Shown here: positions 41,499 to 50,546 of the stretch, one piece after another
Numbering within the stretch: position 1 is the first letter of the stretch
How the letters are laid out: each line of letters opens with the position of its first letter
Origin: an uncultured Flavobacteriales bacterium
GTDB lineage: Bacteria > Pseudomonadota > Alphaproteobacteria > UBA8366 > JADFVY01
NCBI GenBank assembly: GCA_964347475.1
Contig: CAYFYY010000014.1
Location: 547-64,546, forward strand
Reading direction: 5' to 3'
DNA: 64,000 nt
Position numbers and translations under genes: made by a program
The notes under the pieces: model-generated
What the model saw: the letters and a program-made list of their open reading frames with translations, nothing else
Database searches by the model: none
Told to the model about the DNA's origin: nothing

Positions 41499-42638
41499 TC
41501 AGCCCGTCGCCTTGCGGACCCGGGTCTCGTCGATGTAGGCGCCCATGCGCGATTCGACGCCGTTGCGGTCCAGCTCCTCCAGATAGATCCGGTGGATGCG
41601 CGGGTCCTGGTCGGCATACTCGATCTGGCGGCCGCCGTCGCGCACGTTGACGTCGACGCCAGCGAACAGGTTGCGCTTTTCCGCGGTAAAGGGGTAGCGC
41701 AGGCTGCCCAGCGCGACTGCCAGATAACGCGACGGGTGCGGCGCCGTATTGTAGTGCTGGTGATACATCATGTCAGGCGGCGCGAAGACCCAGCCGTGTT
41801 TCCAGTCGATGCGGACGAAATCCTCGTCGCCCTCGTACCACAGCAGCGAATAGCCGTGGCCGGTCACCGCGTAGACGTGGAAGTCGGCGCCGTGCCGGTG
41901 CGCCTTCTTGTAGGTGCCGACCGGCATCTCCGACGAGTGTGCGTGCATGGTCCCGTCGGCGAGGATGAACTTCATGTTCGAGCTGCCGGCGCCGCGTTGT
42001 TCCCAGGTCTGCAGCTCGAAGGCGGCCAGGTCGGGGATGAAGTTGGTCTCCCACATGTGGCGGCCCGGTCGCACCGGAATGAAATCGCCCTCTCCCGCGA
42101 AATAGCGCGCCTCGCCTTCGCGTTCGGTGAACCGGAACGGGTTGTCGAAGATGAACCGGTCATTATGGAACAGGTTGATCATGATCGGCGCGTTGGTCGT
42201 CGAGGCCAGCCGCGCCGGTTCATGTCCGCTGCCGTTGAAATGCTGGTAGCGGCAGTTGAGCGGCAGGGCAAACAGGCTCTTCGGGCCCCATTCGAAGCTG
42301 TGCCGCCGGCCGTCCATGGTCTCGATCACCGTGTTGCCGCGCCCGGACAGGACGTAGACCACCTCTTCGAACATGTGCTGCTGCGGCGTGCCCTGCGCCC
42401 CCGGCGCCAGTTCGAGCACGAAGATCGAGACGAAATCGCCGCGCCCTTTCAGGTGCACGATCGCGCCGCTGCAGCCGAACCGGGACCACGGCGCGGTGTC
42501 GACGCCAAGCAGGTCGACGCCGAAATCCTCGACCACCGGCACGCCTTCGCCGGCGGCCCAGTCACCGTAGGGGTCGAGCAGCAGCTTCAGATCCGCATCC
42601 GTTGCCATCAATTTTTCCGCCATCGCAAGTCCGTCCAT
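41499..42638 (-). CDS. bicupin protein (gentisate-dioxygenase-like architecture)
   Basis: 379 aa. The N-terminal cupin has only QQHMFEE. The C-terminal cupin has AHRHGADFH...YHQH metal-ligand pattern. Confidence 0.85.
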   Translation of the reverse strand: MDGLAMAEKLMATDADLKLLLDPYGDWAAGEGVPVVEDFGVDLLGVDTAPWSRFGCSGAIVHLKGRGDFVSIFVLELAPGAQGTPQQHMFEEVVYVLSGRGNTVIETMDGRRHSFEWGPKSLFALPLNCRYQHFNGSGHEPARLASTTNAPIMINLFHNDRFIFDNPFRFTEREGEARYFAGEGDFIPVRPGRHMWETNFIPDLAAFELQTWEQRGAGSSNMKFILADGTMHAHSSEMPVGTYKKAHRHGADFHVYAVTGHGYSLLWYEGDEDFVRIDWKHGWVFAPPDMMYHQHYNTAPHPSRYLAVALGSLRYPFTAEKRNLFAGVDVNVRDGGRQIEYADQDPRIHRIYLEELDRNGVESRMGAYIDETRVRKATG

Positions 42639-42698
42639 GCAGAGCCGCGCGCCCAGGGTCGTGCCGGCTCGCGCACCGAATCCCCGATCACTGCGCCG

Positions 42699-43442
42699 TC
42701 AGGCGGCGTTGGACAGCTTCTCGTTCAACTCGTCGCCGGCGTCGCCGATGCCGTTCAGATACAGCTCCCAGATCTCCAGGTTGCGCCGGCAGGCGAGCAC
42801 CACCTGGTCCTCCATGCTCAGCTCCTCGGCGTATTTGGCGACGGTGTTCCAGCCGAGGTCGGAATGGGCGACATCCGCCTCCTCGTGCAGCTCGAAGAAG
42901 CCGAGCTTGTCATTGGGAACGCCCAGCACCTCGTTCCACCGCTTGCGCTCCAGCCCGAACCAGCCGTGCGGCCGCGTCGGCCCGCTGCCGTAGCCCGGCA
43001 CGTTGGCGCGTTCGGCGCAGGTGTTGCCGACCAGGCCCTCCAGCCAGTGCCGGTTGCCCATGATCGCCTCCCAGGCGAGCCAGGCGATGCGGGTCGTCTG
43101 CAGGGGTTCGGCCGCGCGGATATCCTCGCGCGTCATGCCGATCTGCGTGCCGAGCTCCTCGAGAATGGCGAAATGCGGCAGGCCGCCGCCATGTTCGTCG
43201 TCGGCGATGATCTCGTCGATGCAGGCGTCGACGATGCCGATGCGCACATCCCAATCCGGCGTGTTCGTCGCGACCTTCAGCTTGAGGACCGAGTTGCGGT
43301 ACATCGAGTTCTGCCGGTGCTGGTAGACGAACATCTTGGCCCGGCCGAGGTTGAACGGCTCGTGGAAGAACCTGCAGCGATCGCAGAACTCGTGGACTTC
43401 CCTGTCAAGTCGCTCGACGATCGAGCTACTGCTGTCAGCCAT
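42699..43442 (-). CDS. haem-oxygenase-like (CADD/PqqC/TenA superfamily) putative di-metal redox protein
   Basis: 248 aa from MADSSSSIVE. IDEIIADDEHGGGLPHFAILEELG...EP and FFELHEEADVAHSDLG parallel the CADD motifs MDEENGYPNHIDLW and FTEHEEADVRHA. Confidence 0.8.
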   Translation of the reverse strand: MADSSSSIVERLDREVHEFCDRCRFFHEPFNLGRAKMFVYQHRQNSMYRNSVLKLKVATNTPDWDVRIGIVDACIDEIIADDEHGGGLPHFAILEELGTQIGMTREDIRAAEPLQTTRIAWLAWEAIMGNRHWLEGLVGNTCAERANVPGYGSGPTRPHGWFGLERKRWNEVLGVPNDKLGFFELHEEADVAHSDLGWNTVAKYAEELSMEDQVVLACRRNLEIWELYLNGIGDAGDELNEKLSNAA

Positions 43443-43592
43443 GATCCTCTCCCGTGTGTCGCGACGCGGGCCACGGGCTGGCCCGGGTCTCCCCGCCAAG
43501 GTTGGATCAAGGCTAGCGGATAAGGGACGCGGCGAGGCACAACAAAAATGCGATGGTGTCCAAACCGGTCGGCTATGACCCTGTCGGACGGG

Positions 43593-44534
43593 TCAGGCGC
43601 TGGCCCGCAGCTCCTGCATCACACCGCGCCAGCCGGCGATCCCGCCATCGATCATCTCGACCGTGATGTCGCGCACCAGGTCGGCGACCGACAGGAAGGC
43701 CTTCGACGGCGGGCGGTCGTGCGAATAGGCAAGATAGAGCGTGCGTTCGATCTCGGGCCCGACGATGCGGTTGGCACGCAGCGTGCCGTTGCCGACGGCG
43801 GCGCGGACGGCGCCCAGCGGCAGGATCGTGTTGCCGAAGCCGCGCTTGACGAACTCGCGGATCATCGGCACGGAATCCACTTCGCACGCGACCTGCACCT
43901 CTGTGCCGATACTCCTGGCTGCCTCGTCGACCTGCAGCCGCAGCAGGTGCGGCCGGCTGGGCAGCACCAGCGGATCGGACAGCGCCCTGGCCAGTCTGAC
44001 CGGCTCGGTGCCGCCGTCGCCCGACGGCCGAATGAAGTACAGCCCCTCAAGGGCCAGCCGCTCGACCTCGACATCGCCGGTGGCGTTCGGGTTGTAGGTC
44101 AGCGCAAGGTCGATCTTGCCCTTGTCGACCCACTCCATGAGCTGTTCGCTCAGACCCTCGGAGATGCTGAGCGCGACCTCCGGGTACATGTCGCGGACGC
44201 GGTCCGCCAGCGTCGTGCCCAGGAGCTGGCTGGTGGTCGGCGACAGGCCGATGGTCACGCGCCCACGCGGCGATTGCGAATGGTCCTGAAGGTCCTGGCG
44301 TGCGCGCTCGACCTGCCGCAGGATCACCTCGGCATGCTCGGCCAGCAGGAGGCCGGCCTCGGTCGGGGTGACGCCGCGCGAATGGCGCTGGAATAACTGA
44401 ACGCCCAGCTCGGTCTCCAGCTTGCGGATCTGCAAGCCGAGGGCCGGCTGCGCGATGTAGAGATGCTCCGACGCCTTGGTGATGCTTTTATAGCGGAGCA
44501 CTCCGAGAAAGAAGCGTAACCCTTTGATATCCAT
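43593..44534 (-). CDS. LysR family transcriptional regulator
   Basis: 313 aa. LRYKSITKASEHLYIAQPALGLQIRKLE. Divergent from the UbiD gene. Confidence 0.92.
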   Translation of the reverse strand: MDIKGLRFFLGVLRYKSITKASEHLYIAQPALGLQIRKLETELGVQLFQRHSRGVTPTEAGLLLAEHAEVILRQVERARQDLQDHSQSPRGRVTIGLSPTTSQLLGTTLADRVRDMYPEVALSISEGLSEQLMEWVDKGKIDLALTYNPNATGDVEVERLALEGLYFIRPSGDGGTEPVRLARALSDPLVLPSRPHLLRLQVDEAARSIGTEVQVACEVDSVPMIREFVKRGFGNTILPLGAVRAAVGNGTLRANRIVGPEIERTLYLAYSHDRPPSKAFLSVADLVRDITVEMIDGGIAGWRGVMQELRASA

Positions 44535-44659
44535 TTTTATTTTCTCCTACCTGCCGCCAGTGATAATCGGCTTGGCGGCCGCCTCCGTCAAGCAGTTTGT
44601 ATATGATTGTATCCAAAGCCGGCCGACCGCGGGGCCGGCGAGCCGGCGGCGCCAGATAG

Positions 44660-44708
44660 GGGCGGCTTGTAGACGAACCAGAAAAAGTTCTGGCGAAACA
44701 AGCCGCCC
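44660..44708. promoter_or_regulatory. 49-nt composite palindrome in the LysR/UbiD intergenic region
   Basis: GGGCGGCTTGT-agacgaa-CCAGAA-aaag-TTCTGG-cgaa-ACAAGCCGCCC, with outer 11-bp and inner 6-bp perfect arms. Confidence 0.4.
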
Positions 44709-44792
44709 GCCCATAAAGCTTGGCACCGGACCGCGCCGGGCGAACGCGCGCGGACCCGGTGCGTTGGCGGGGAAGAACAGGGGAACGGTCAG

Positions 44793-46271
44793 ATGAGCAC
44801 GAGCGAGGTTCAGATCCCAAATCCGATCCGGATCGGTGAGCACGCCGAGCCGCATGTCGACCTGCGCGACTGGCTCGAGCGGGTCGAGGCGATCGGCCAG
44901 CTGCAGCGGGTTTCCGGCGTGCACTGGAACCTCGAGATGGGCGCGGTTGCGGAAATGATCTACCACGCGCGTCCGGAGAACCCGCCGGCCATCCTGTTCG
45001 AGGACATTCCCGATTATCCCAGCGGGTTCAGGGTGCTTTCGGGCATGACAAACTCGCCGCAGCGGCTGGCGCTGACGCTGGGCCTGCCGAAGCCGGCGAA
45101 CCCGATGGACGTGGTCCGCGCCTATCGCGACCGGATGAAGCGGTTCGAGCTGATCGGTGCCCGCCAAGTCAACGGCGGGCCGGTGCAGGATCATGTCGAC
45201 CGCGATGACGACGTCGATCTCTACAAGTTCCCGACACCGTTCCTGCACGAGCTCGATGGGGGCCGCTACATCGGCACCGGGGATCTCGTCATCATGCGCG
45301 ATCCGGACGACGACTGGGTCAATATCGGCACCTATCGTGTCATGATCCACGACAAGAGCACGCTTGGCCTGTGGATGTCGCCGGGCAAGCATGGCAGGCT
45401 GATCCGCGAGAAGTACTTTGCGCGTGGCGAGCCGTGCCCGGTCGCGATCAGCGTCGGCCACGACCCGCTGCTGTTCCTGTCGTCCGGCAACGAGGTCGAT
45501 TACGGCACATCGGAGTTCGCCCACGCCGGCGGGCACCGGGGCGTGCCCTTCGACGTGGTGGCGAGCGAGCTGCACGACCTGCCAATCCCGGCCCACGCGG
45601 AGATCGTCATCGAGGGTGAGATCGTGCCCGACGACCTGCGCCCGGAGGGCCCGTTCGGCGAATGGACAGGCTATTACGCGAGCTCGGTGCGCGAGGACCC
45701 GGTTGTTCGCGTGCGCCGGGTCTATTACCGGAGCGATCCGATCATCACGATGGCGCGTCCGGGCCGGCCGCCGTCGGACTATTCGCTCAGCAAATGCGTC
45801 ATCAAGTCGGCGATGATCTGGGACGAGGTCGAGAAGGCCGGCTTGCCGGGCGTGCAGGGTGTCTGGTGCCACGAGGCGGGCGGCGGACGCCTGTTCAACA
45901 TCATCTCGATCAAGCAGGCCTATCCGGGGCACGCGAAGCAGGCGGCAATGCTGGCCGCCAACTGCCACGCCGGCAACTATCTGGGGCGGTTCGTCGTCGT
46001 GGTCGACGAGGACATCGACCCGACCAACACCTTCGACATCATGTGGGCGATGGCCAGCCGGTGCGACCCCGTCGAGGATATCGACTTCATCCGGCGTGCC
46101 TGGAGCGGCGCGCTCGACCCGCGCAAACGGGTCGGCGACAATCACAATTCGCGCGCCATCGTCGATGCGACGCGCCCCTTCGAATGGCGCGACGAGTTCC
46201 CGCCGGTTGCCGAGTCGAGCCCGGAACTCGCAGCAAGAACCATGGAGAAGTGGGGACATCTGCTCGACTGA
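44793..46271 (+). CDS. UbiD family (prFMN-dependent) decarboxylase
   Basis: 492 aa. DLRDWLERVEAIGQLQRV..., GRYIGTG, GPFGEWTGYY. Confidence 0.92.
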   Translation: MSTSEVQIPNPIRIGEHAEPHVDLRDWLERVEAIGQLQRVSGVHWNLEMGAVAEMIYHARPENPPAILFEDIPDYPSGFRVLSGMTNSPQRLALTLGLPKPANPMDVVRAYRDRMKRFELIGARQVNGGPVQDHVDRDDDVDLYKFPTPFLHELDGGRYIGTGDLVIMRDPDDDWVNIGTYRVMIHDKSTLGLWMSPGKHGRLIREKYFARGEPCPVAISVGHDPLLFLSSGNEVDYGTSEFAHAGGHRGVPFDVVASELHDLPIPAHAEIVIEGEIVPDDLRPEGPFGEWTGYYASSVREDPVVRVRRVYYRSDPIITMARPGRPPSDYSLSKCVIKSAMIWDEVEKAGLPGVQGVWCHEAGGGRLFNIISIKQAYPGHAKQAAMLAANCHAGNYLGRFVVVVDEDIDPTNTFDIMWAMASRCDPVEDIDFIRRAWSGALDPRKRVGDNHNSRAIVDATRPFEWRDEFPPVAESSPELAARTMEKWGHLLD

Positions 46272-46334
46272 CCCCAACACGGAGATGCCGGCGACGCGCG
46301 GTCGCCACACCGCTCAGGCGGGCGTGACGCCGCC

Positions 46335-46925
46335 GTGAGACGCACTGCTCGCTTCATCGTCGAGCGCCTCCCCGACGCCTTCGGCCCGGTCTTCTTTCTG
46401 TTCGCCGCGGTCGCCACAGCCAGCGGCATCGCCTGCTATCTCCTGCTCGGACCCGAGGCCTTCGAACGCGCCCTCGGGCGCAACGCAGACCTTCTGCTAT
46501 CGCTGTTGCCGCGAATTCTGGCAGCCGTCGCGGTCGCCGGCCTGGTGCGGGCGATCATCCCCCGCGAGACGCTGGGTGCGCTGCTCGGCCGAAAGTCCGG
46601 GTTGCGTGGCCTGGTGGTCGCCGCGCTCGCCGGCATGGTGACGCCGGGCGGGCCTTTCGCCTCCTTCACGTTCATGGTCATGCTGCGCGATTCGGGAATC
46701 GATCGCGGATCGCTGGTTGCCTATGCGACGGGCTGGGCGCTGCTCGGCATCCAGCGGATTCTGGTCTGGGACATTCCGATGATGGGCCCGGACTTCACCC
46801 TGCTGCGGTTTGCGGTCTCTGCACCGCTGCCGATCCTCGCCGGACTACTGGCACGCGCGATCCCGATCGATCCGTTCCTGGTGCGGCAGGAGCGCGCCGG
46901 CCAACCGCCGGAACCCGGACGATGA
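46335..46925 (+). CDS. half-size permease (DUF318/ArsP-like), subunit 1
   Basis: 196 aa, multi-TM, GTG start. Paired with a 4-nt-overlapping homologous half. Confidence 0.7.
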   Translation: MRRTARFIVERLPDAFGPVFFLFAAVATASGIACYLLLGPEAFERALGRNADLLLSLLPRILAAVAVAGLVRAIIPRETLGALLGRKSGLRGLVVAALAGMVTPGGPFASFTFMVMLRDSGIDRGSLVAYATGWALLGIQRILVWDIPMMGPDFTLLRFAVSAPLPILAGLLARAIPIDPFLVRQERAGQPPEPGR

Positions 46926-47419
46926 GCGGCTCCCTGGTCTTCATCTGGATGCTTGCCGCAGTCCTCGCCGGGACCGCGATGTCGCGCCGTGACGGCAGCC
47001 TGGCGGATGGCGCCCTGTATGGCGCGGACCAACTGGTTCGCCTGCTACCCCGCCTGGTCGTGGCGCTGACGGCGGCGGGGTTCATCGCGCCGCTGATTCC
47101 CGGAGATGAAGTCGGGCGCTGGCTCGGCACTGACAGCGGTGCGCTCGGCATCGCGATTGCGGCCTTTGCCGGACTGCTGATCCCGTCGGGGCCGGTGGTG
47201 ACGTTCTCGCTCGCCGCCGTCCTGTTCCACGCCGGAGCGGGAACGCCGCAAATGGTCGCTTTCGTCACCTCCTGGTCGGTCTTCGCTCTGCACAGGATCA
47301 CGATTTACGAGATCCCGATGCTGGGCTGGCGCTTTCTCTCCGTCCGGTTGCTGTCGGTCCTGCCGCTGCCGCTCATCGCCGGCTTTGCCGCCGGTGCCGT
47401 GCATCACGCCGTGGCATAA
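46922..47419 (+). CDS. half-size permease, subunit 2
   Basis: 165 aa, multi-TM. ATGA overlap with the upstream gene. Confidence 0.7.
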   Translation: MSGSLVFIWMLAAVLAGTAMSRRDGSLADGALYGADQLVRLLPRLVVALTAAGFIAPLIPGDEVGRWLGTDSGALGIAIAAFAGLLIPSGPVVTFSLAAVLFHAGAGTPQMVAFVTSWSVFALHRITIYEIPMLGWRFLSVRLLSVLPLPLIAGFAAGAVHHAVA

Positions 47420-47629
47420 GCGGTGAATTTGGAGCCCATGTCGCTATTGTCTTGGTGAGCAAGTCCCTGTTGTAGTTTGATAACTGGCGAACAATGCAGC
47501 ATTGGCGCCGACGTGCCGGAGGCAGAAGGGCAGCGCCGCGTGCGTTTTCCTCGATCCGGTCCGCTGGACGCCACGCAAGCGTCCGCCCGCACGAACGGGC
47601 GGGGCGAACGGGAAACGGGAGGAACGGAC

Positions 47630-48661
47630 ATGCCCAGATACGATCTGGCGTTCATTGCCGCTTTCGTGGCCGTGGCAATCCTGCCATGGGGCCCCGCGAA
47701 GGCGGAGTCGGTAGAGGAATTCTATTCCGGAAGAACGGTCGAGCTCTATATCGGCTACAGCCCGGGCGGCGGTTACGATACCTATGCGCGGACGATCGCG
47801 CGGCATCTTGCCAAGCACATCCCCGGCAATCCGACGATCGTGCCCAAGAACATGAAGGGCGCCGGCAGCCTGAAGCTGACCAATTACATGTACAACGTCG
47901 CCGCCAAGGACGGCAGCGTCATCGCCACCGTCGGCCGCGGCATGGCGATGGAACCGCTGCTCGGCGGCAAGGGCATCCAGTTCGACCCGCAGAAGTTCAA
48001 CTGGATCGGCAGCGCCAATAACGAGGTGAGCATCTGCGGTGCGTGGCACGAGACCGGGATCAAGACCTGGGAGGACGTGCTGTCCAAGGAGCTGATCGTC
48101 GGCGGCACCGGGTCGGGTGCCGACACCGATACCTTTCCGCTCCTGCTCAAGAACATGTTCGGCGCCAAGCTGAAACTTATCTCCGGCTATCCGGGCGGCA
48201 ACGACATCCTGCTGGCCATGGAACGCGGCGAGGTCGGCGGTCGCTGCGGCTGGTCGTGGTCGAGCGTGAAGGCCAAGAAGCGCGACTGGGTCCGGGACGG
48301 CAAGGTCAACGTCCTCCTGCAGATGTCGGTGGCAAAGCACCCGGACCTGCCCGGCGTACCGCTGGTCATGGACCTCGCGAAGACCAACGAGGACAAGCAG
48401 GTCCTGAAGCTGATCTTCGCGCGCCAGGTCATGGGACGGCCGTATCTTGCGCCGCCCGAGGTTCCGGCGGAGCGGGTCAAAGCGCTGCGCCGGGCGTTCG
48501 AGGCCACCCTTCAGGATCCTGAGTTCCTGGCCGAAGCGGAAAAGGCCAAGCTGGAAATCAACCTGGTGACCGGGGCAGAGATCGAGGAACTTCTGACGGA
48601 AATCTACGCTGCGCCGAAGGAGATCGCCGAAAAGGCGACCCAGGCGGCGCAGGCCCGCTAG
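47630..48661 (+). CDS. periplasmic TctC-like (TTT family) substrate-binding protein
   Basis: 343 aa from MPRYDLAFIAAFVAVAILPWGPAKA (GGGAGG SD). GYSPGGGYDTYARTIARHL matches the other two TctC-like genes in the window. Confidence 0.8.
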   Translation: MPRYDLAFIAAFVAVAILPWGPAKAESVEEFYSGRTVELYIGYSPGGGYDTYARTIARHLAKHIPGNPTIVPKNMKGAGSLKLTNYMYNVAAKDGSVIATVGRGMAMEPLLGGKGIQFDPQKFNWIGSANNEVSICGAWHETGIKTWEDVLSKELIVGGTGSGADTDTFPLLLKNMFGAKLKLISGYPGGNDILLAMERGEVGGRCGWSWSSVKAKKRDWVRDGKVNVLLQMSVAKHPDLPGVPLVMDLAKTNEDKQVLKLIFARQVMGRPYLAPPEVPAERVKALRRAFEATLQDPEFLAEAEKAKLEINLVTGAEIEELLTEIYAAPKEIAEKATQAAQAR

Positions 48662-48817
48662 CCGCGGGACATAACAACACGGGTGCGGCGGCGCTGCTGC
48701 GTCGAACCGTGGCCCGCCGGACGATGGGAGGACGTCCGGGCACTGTCAGCCCGGTATTCCGGTTTCATGCGAAGTCGGGATCCGGGCGGTTTATTTGCGC
48801 GGGAGGAACGGGGCGAT

Positions 48818-49678
48818 ATGAAGGTTTCGGTTATCGGGGCCGGCGCAATGGGGGCCGCCATGGCCGGGCATCTGGTCCGTGCGGGGCACGACGTCATTGG
48901 ATTCGATGTGGATCCACAGCGTAAGGAGGCGGTGACACAGGCCGGCGCAGCGTTCGCCCGCCACCTCGAGGAGGCTGCGGCGGCCGAACTGTTCATCGTC
49001 ATGGTGGTATCCGATGCGCAGTCGGCGCAGGTCGTGCACGCGCTGTCCGGCCTCGCTAGCCCGGCCGCATTGATCGCCATCGCCGCGACCAATCATCCCG
49101 ATACCATGACCGGGCTCGCCAGCACCGCGGCAGAACATGGCCTCCGACTGATCGATGCCCCGGTCTGCTTCGGACTGCAGGGAGCCCTCGACGGCGAACT
49201 GGTGAGTCTGTGCGGGGGTGGCGAAGCGGACGTCGATTTCGCCCGCCCGGTCCTTATGGCCTACAGTCGCGAGGTCTATCACGTCGGGCCCCTGGGCGCC
49301 GGGCAACTCGCCAAGGCCTGCAACAACATGCTGCACTGGGCCGCCTGCGTCGCCAATTTCGAGGTGCTGCTCCTGGCCAAACGGTTCGGGGTCGATGCCC
49401 AGCGCATGCGCGAGATTCTGCTCGACTGCCCGGGCCAGAACGGCACGCTCGCGCGCTGGGATTCGACCCGCTTCACCTGGCCGGAGAAGGACATGGATAT
49501 CGTTCTCGACTTGGCCCAGACAGGCGGGCTGAAGCTGCCGCTGTTCGGCCAGATCGATCAGCTCGTCAAGCTGCTCGGCCCGCAGCAGGTCAAGGATTTG
49601 CTGTACGGGGATGAGACGACCTATCTCGGCGAGACCGTCGGTCCGCTGTCGCGGGATGCCGGCGGACTCGGGTCCTGA
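48818..49678 (+). CDS. NAD(P)-dependent oxidoreductase, 3-hydroxyisobutyrate dehydrogenase family
   Basis: MKVSVIGAGAMGAAMAGHL Rossmann motif. GQLAKACNNML. Confidence 0.88.
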   Translation: MKVSVIGAGAMGAAMAGHLVRAGHDVIGFDVDPQRKEAVTQAGAAFARHLEEAAAAELFIVMVVSDAQSAQVVHALSGLASPAALIAIAATNHPDTMTGLASTAAEHGLRLIDAPVCFGLQGALDGELVSLCGGGEADVDFARPVLMAYSREVYHVGPLGAGQLAKACNNMLHWAACVANFEVLLLAKRFGVDAQRMREILLDCPGQNGTLARWDSTRFTWPEKDMDIVLDLAQTGGLKLPLFGQIDQLVKLLGPQQVKDLLYGDETTYLGETVGPLSRDAGGLGS

Positions 49679-49685
49679 TCGCGCC

Positions 49686-50531
49686 ATGGCCCAGGACCTT
49701 TCGCCGGAGGTTGCCCGTACGGCGGGGGTGATCGGCCTCGGCGCCATGGGAGCACCAATGGCGCGGCACCTGGTGCGGGCCGGATTCCGGGTCAGCGGCT
49801 ACGACCCGGACCGTGCGGCACGGCGCCGCGTGGCGGACATGGTGACGTGCCTGGCGAGCCCGGCGGCAGTTGCCGAGAGCGCCGCCCTCACCCTCGTCAT
49901 CGTGCCGACCGATACCGACGTGCTGGCCGCGTGCAGGGGCAATGACGGCCTGTTCGCCGCCGACGGCACCGGCCGGATCGTGGCGATCTGCAGCTCGGTG
50001 CGACCCGACACCGTCCGTGCTTTGGAGCAACCGGCCGGTCGCGCCGGGTTCGATCTGCTCGACCTGCCGCTGACCAAGGGGGTGCGGGCCGCCGAGGCCG
50101 GCACGATAACGCTGCTCGCGGGCGGGGATGCGGAAATCCTGCGGCGGGCGATCCCGTTCCTCACGTGCTTTTCGGCGGGGATCCACCATGTCGGCGGGCT
50201 CGGCGCCGGCCAGGTCGCCAAGACCGTGAACAATCTGCTGTTGTGGTCGGGCATGGTCGCCGTGGCGGAGGCGTTGCGCCTGGGGGCACGGCTCGGCACG
50301 GACCCTGCCGTGTTGCGTGAGGCGATGCAGGACTGCAGTGCCGACAGCTGGGTGCTGCGCGAGTTCGACCGAATCGTGCCGACCTGGCCGGCCAAGGACA
50401 TGGAGAACGCCCTCGCCACGGCCGCGGCGGCGGGCATCGACCTGCCGCTCATGGCCGTGGTGGCAGCGCAGGTCGGGGCGTACGACAGAAACGTGCTGAA
50501 CCGCATCCTGGCGGGAGAACACGCTGACTAG
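49686..50531 (+). CDS. second NAD(P)-dependent oxidoreductase, 3-hydroxyisobutyrate dehydrogenase family
   Basis: GVIGLGAMGAPMARHL. GQVAKTVNNLL. Tandem paralogue of the preceding gene. Confidence 0.85.
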   Translation: MAQDLSPEVARTAGVIGLGAMGAPMARHLVRAGFRVSGYDPDRAARRRVADMVTCLASPAAVAESAALTLVIVPTDTDVLAACRGNDGLFAADGTGRIVAICSSVRPDTVRALEQPAGRAGFDLLDLPLTKGVRAAEAGTITLLAGGDAEILRRAIPFLTCFSAGIHHVGGLGAGQVAKTVNNLLLWSGMVAVAEALRLGARLGTDPAVLREAMQDCSADSWVLREFDRIVPTWPAKDMENALATAAAAGIDLPLMAVVAAQVGAYDRNVLNRILAGEHAD

Positions 50532-50546
50532 CAGAGGGACGAGGCA

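Noticed and set aside
40110-43523. 1137-aa plus-strand ORF
   Set aside because: Antisense to the EutA-like, bicupin and haem-oxygenase-like genes, all of which have clear family motifs. Its composition is non-protein-like.
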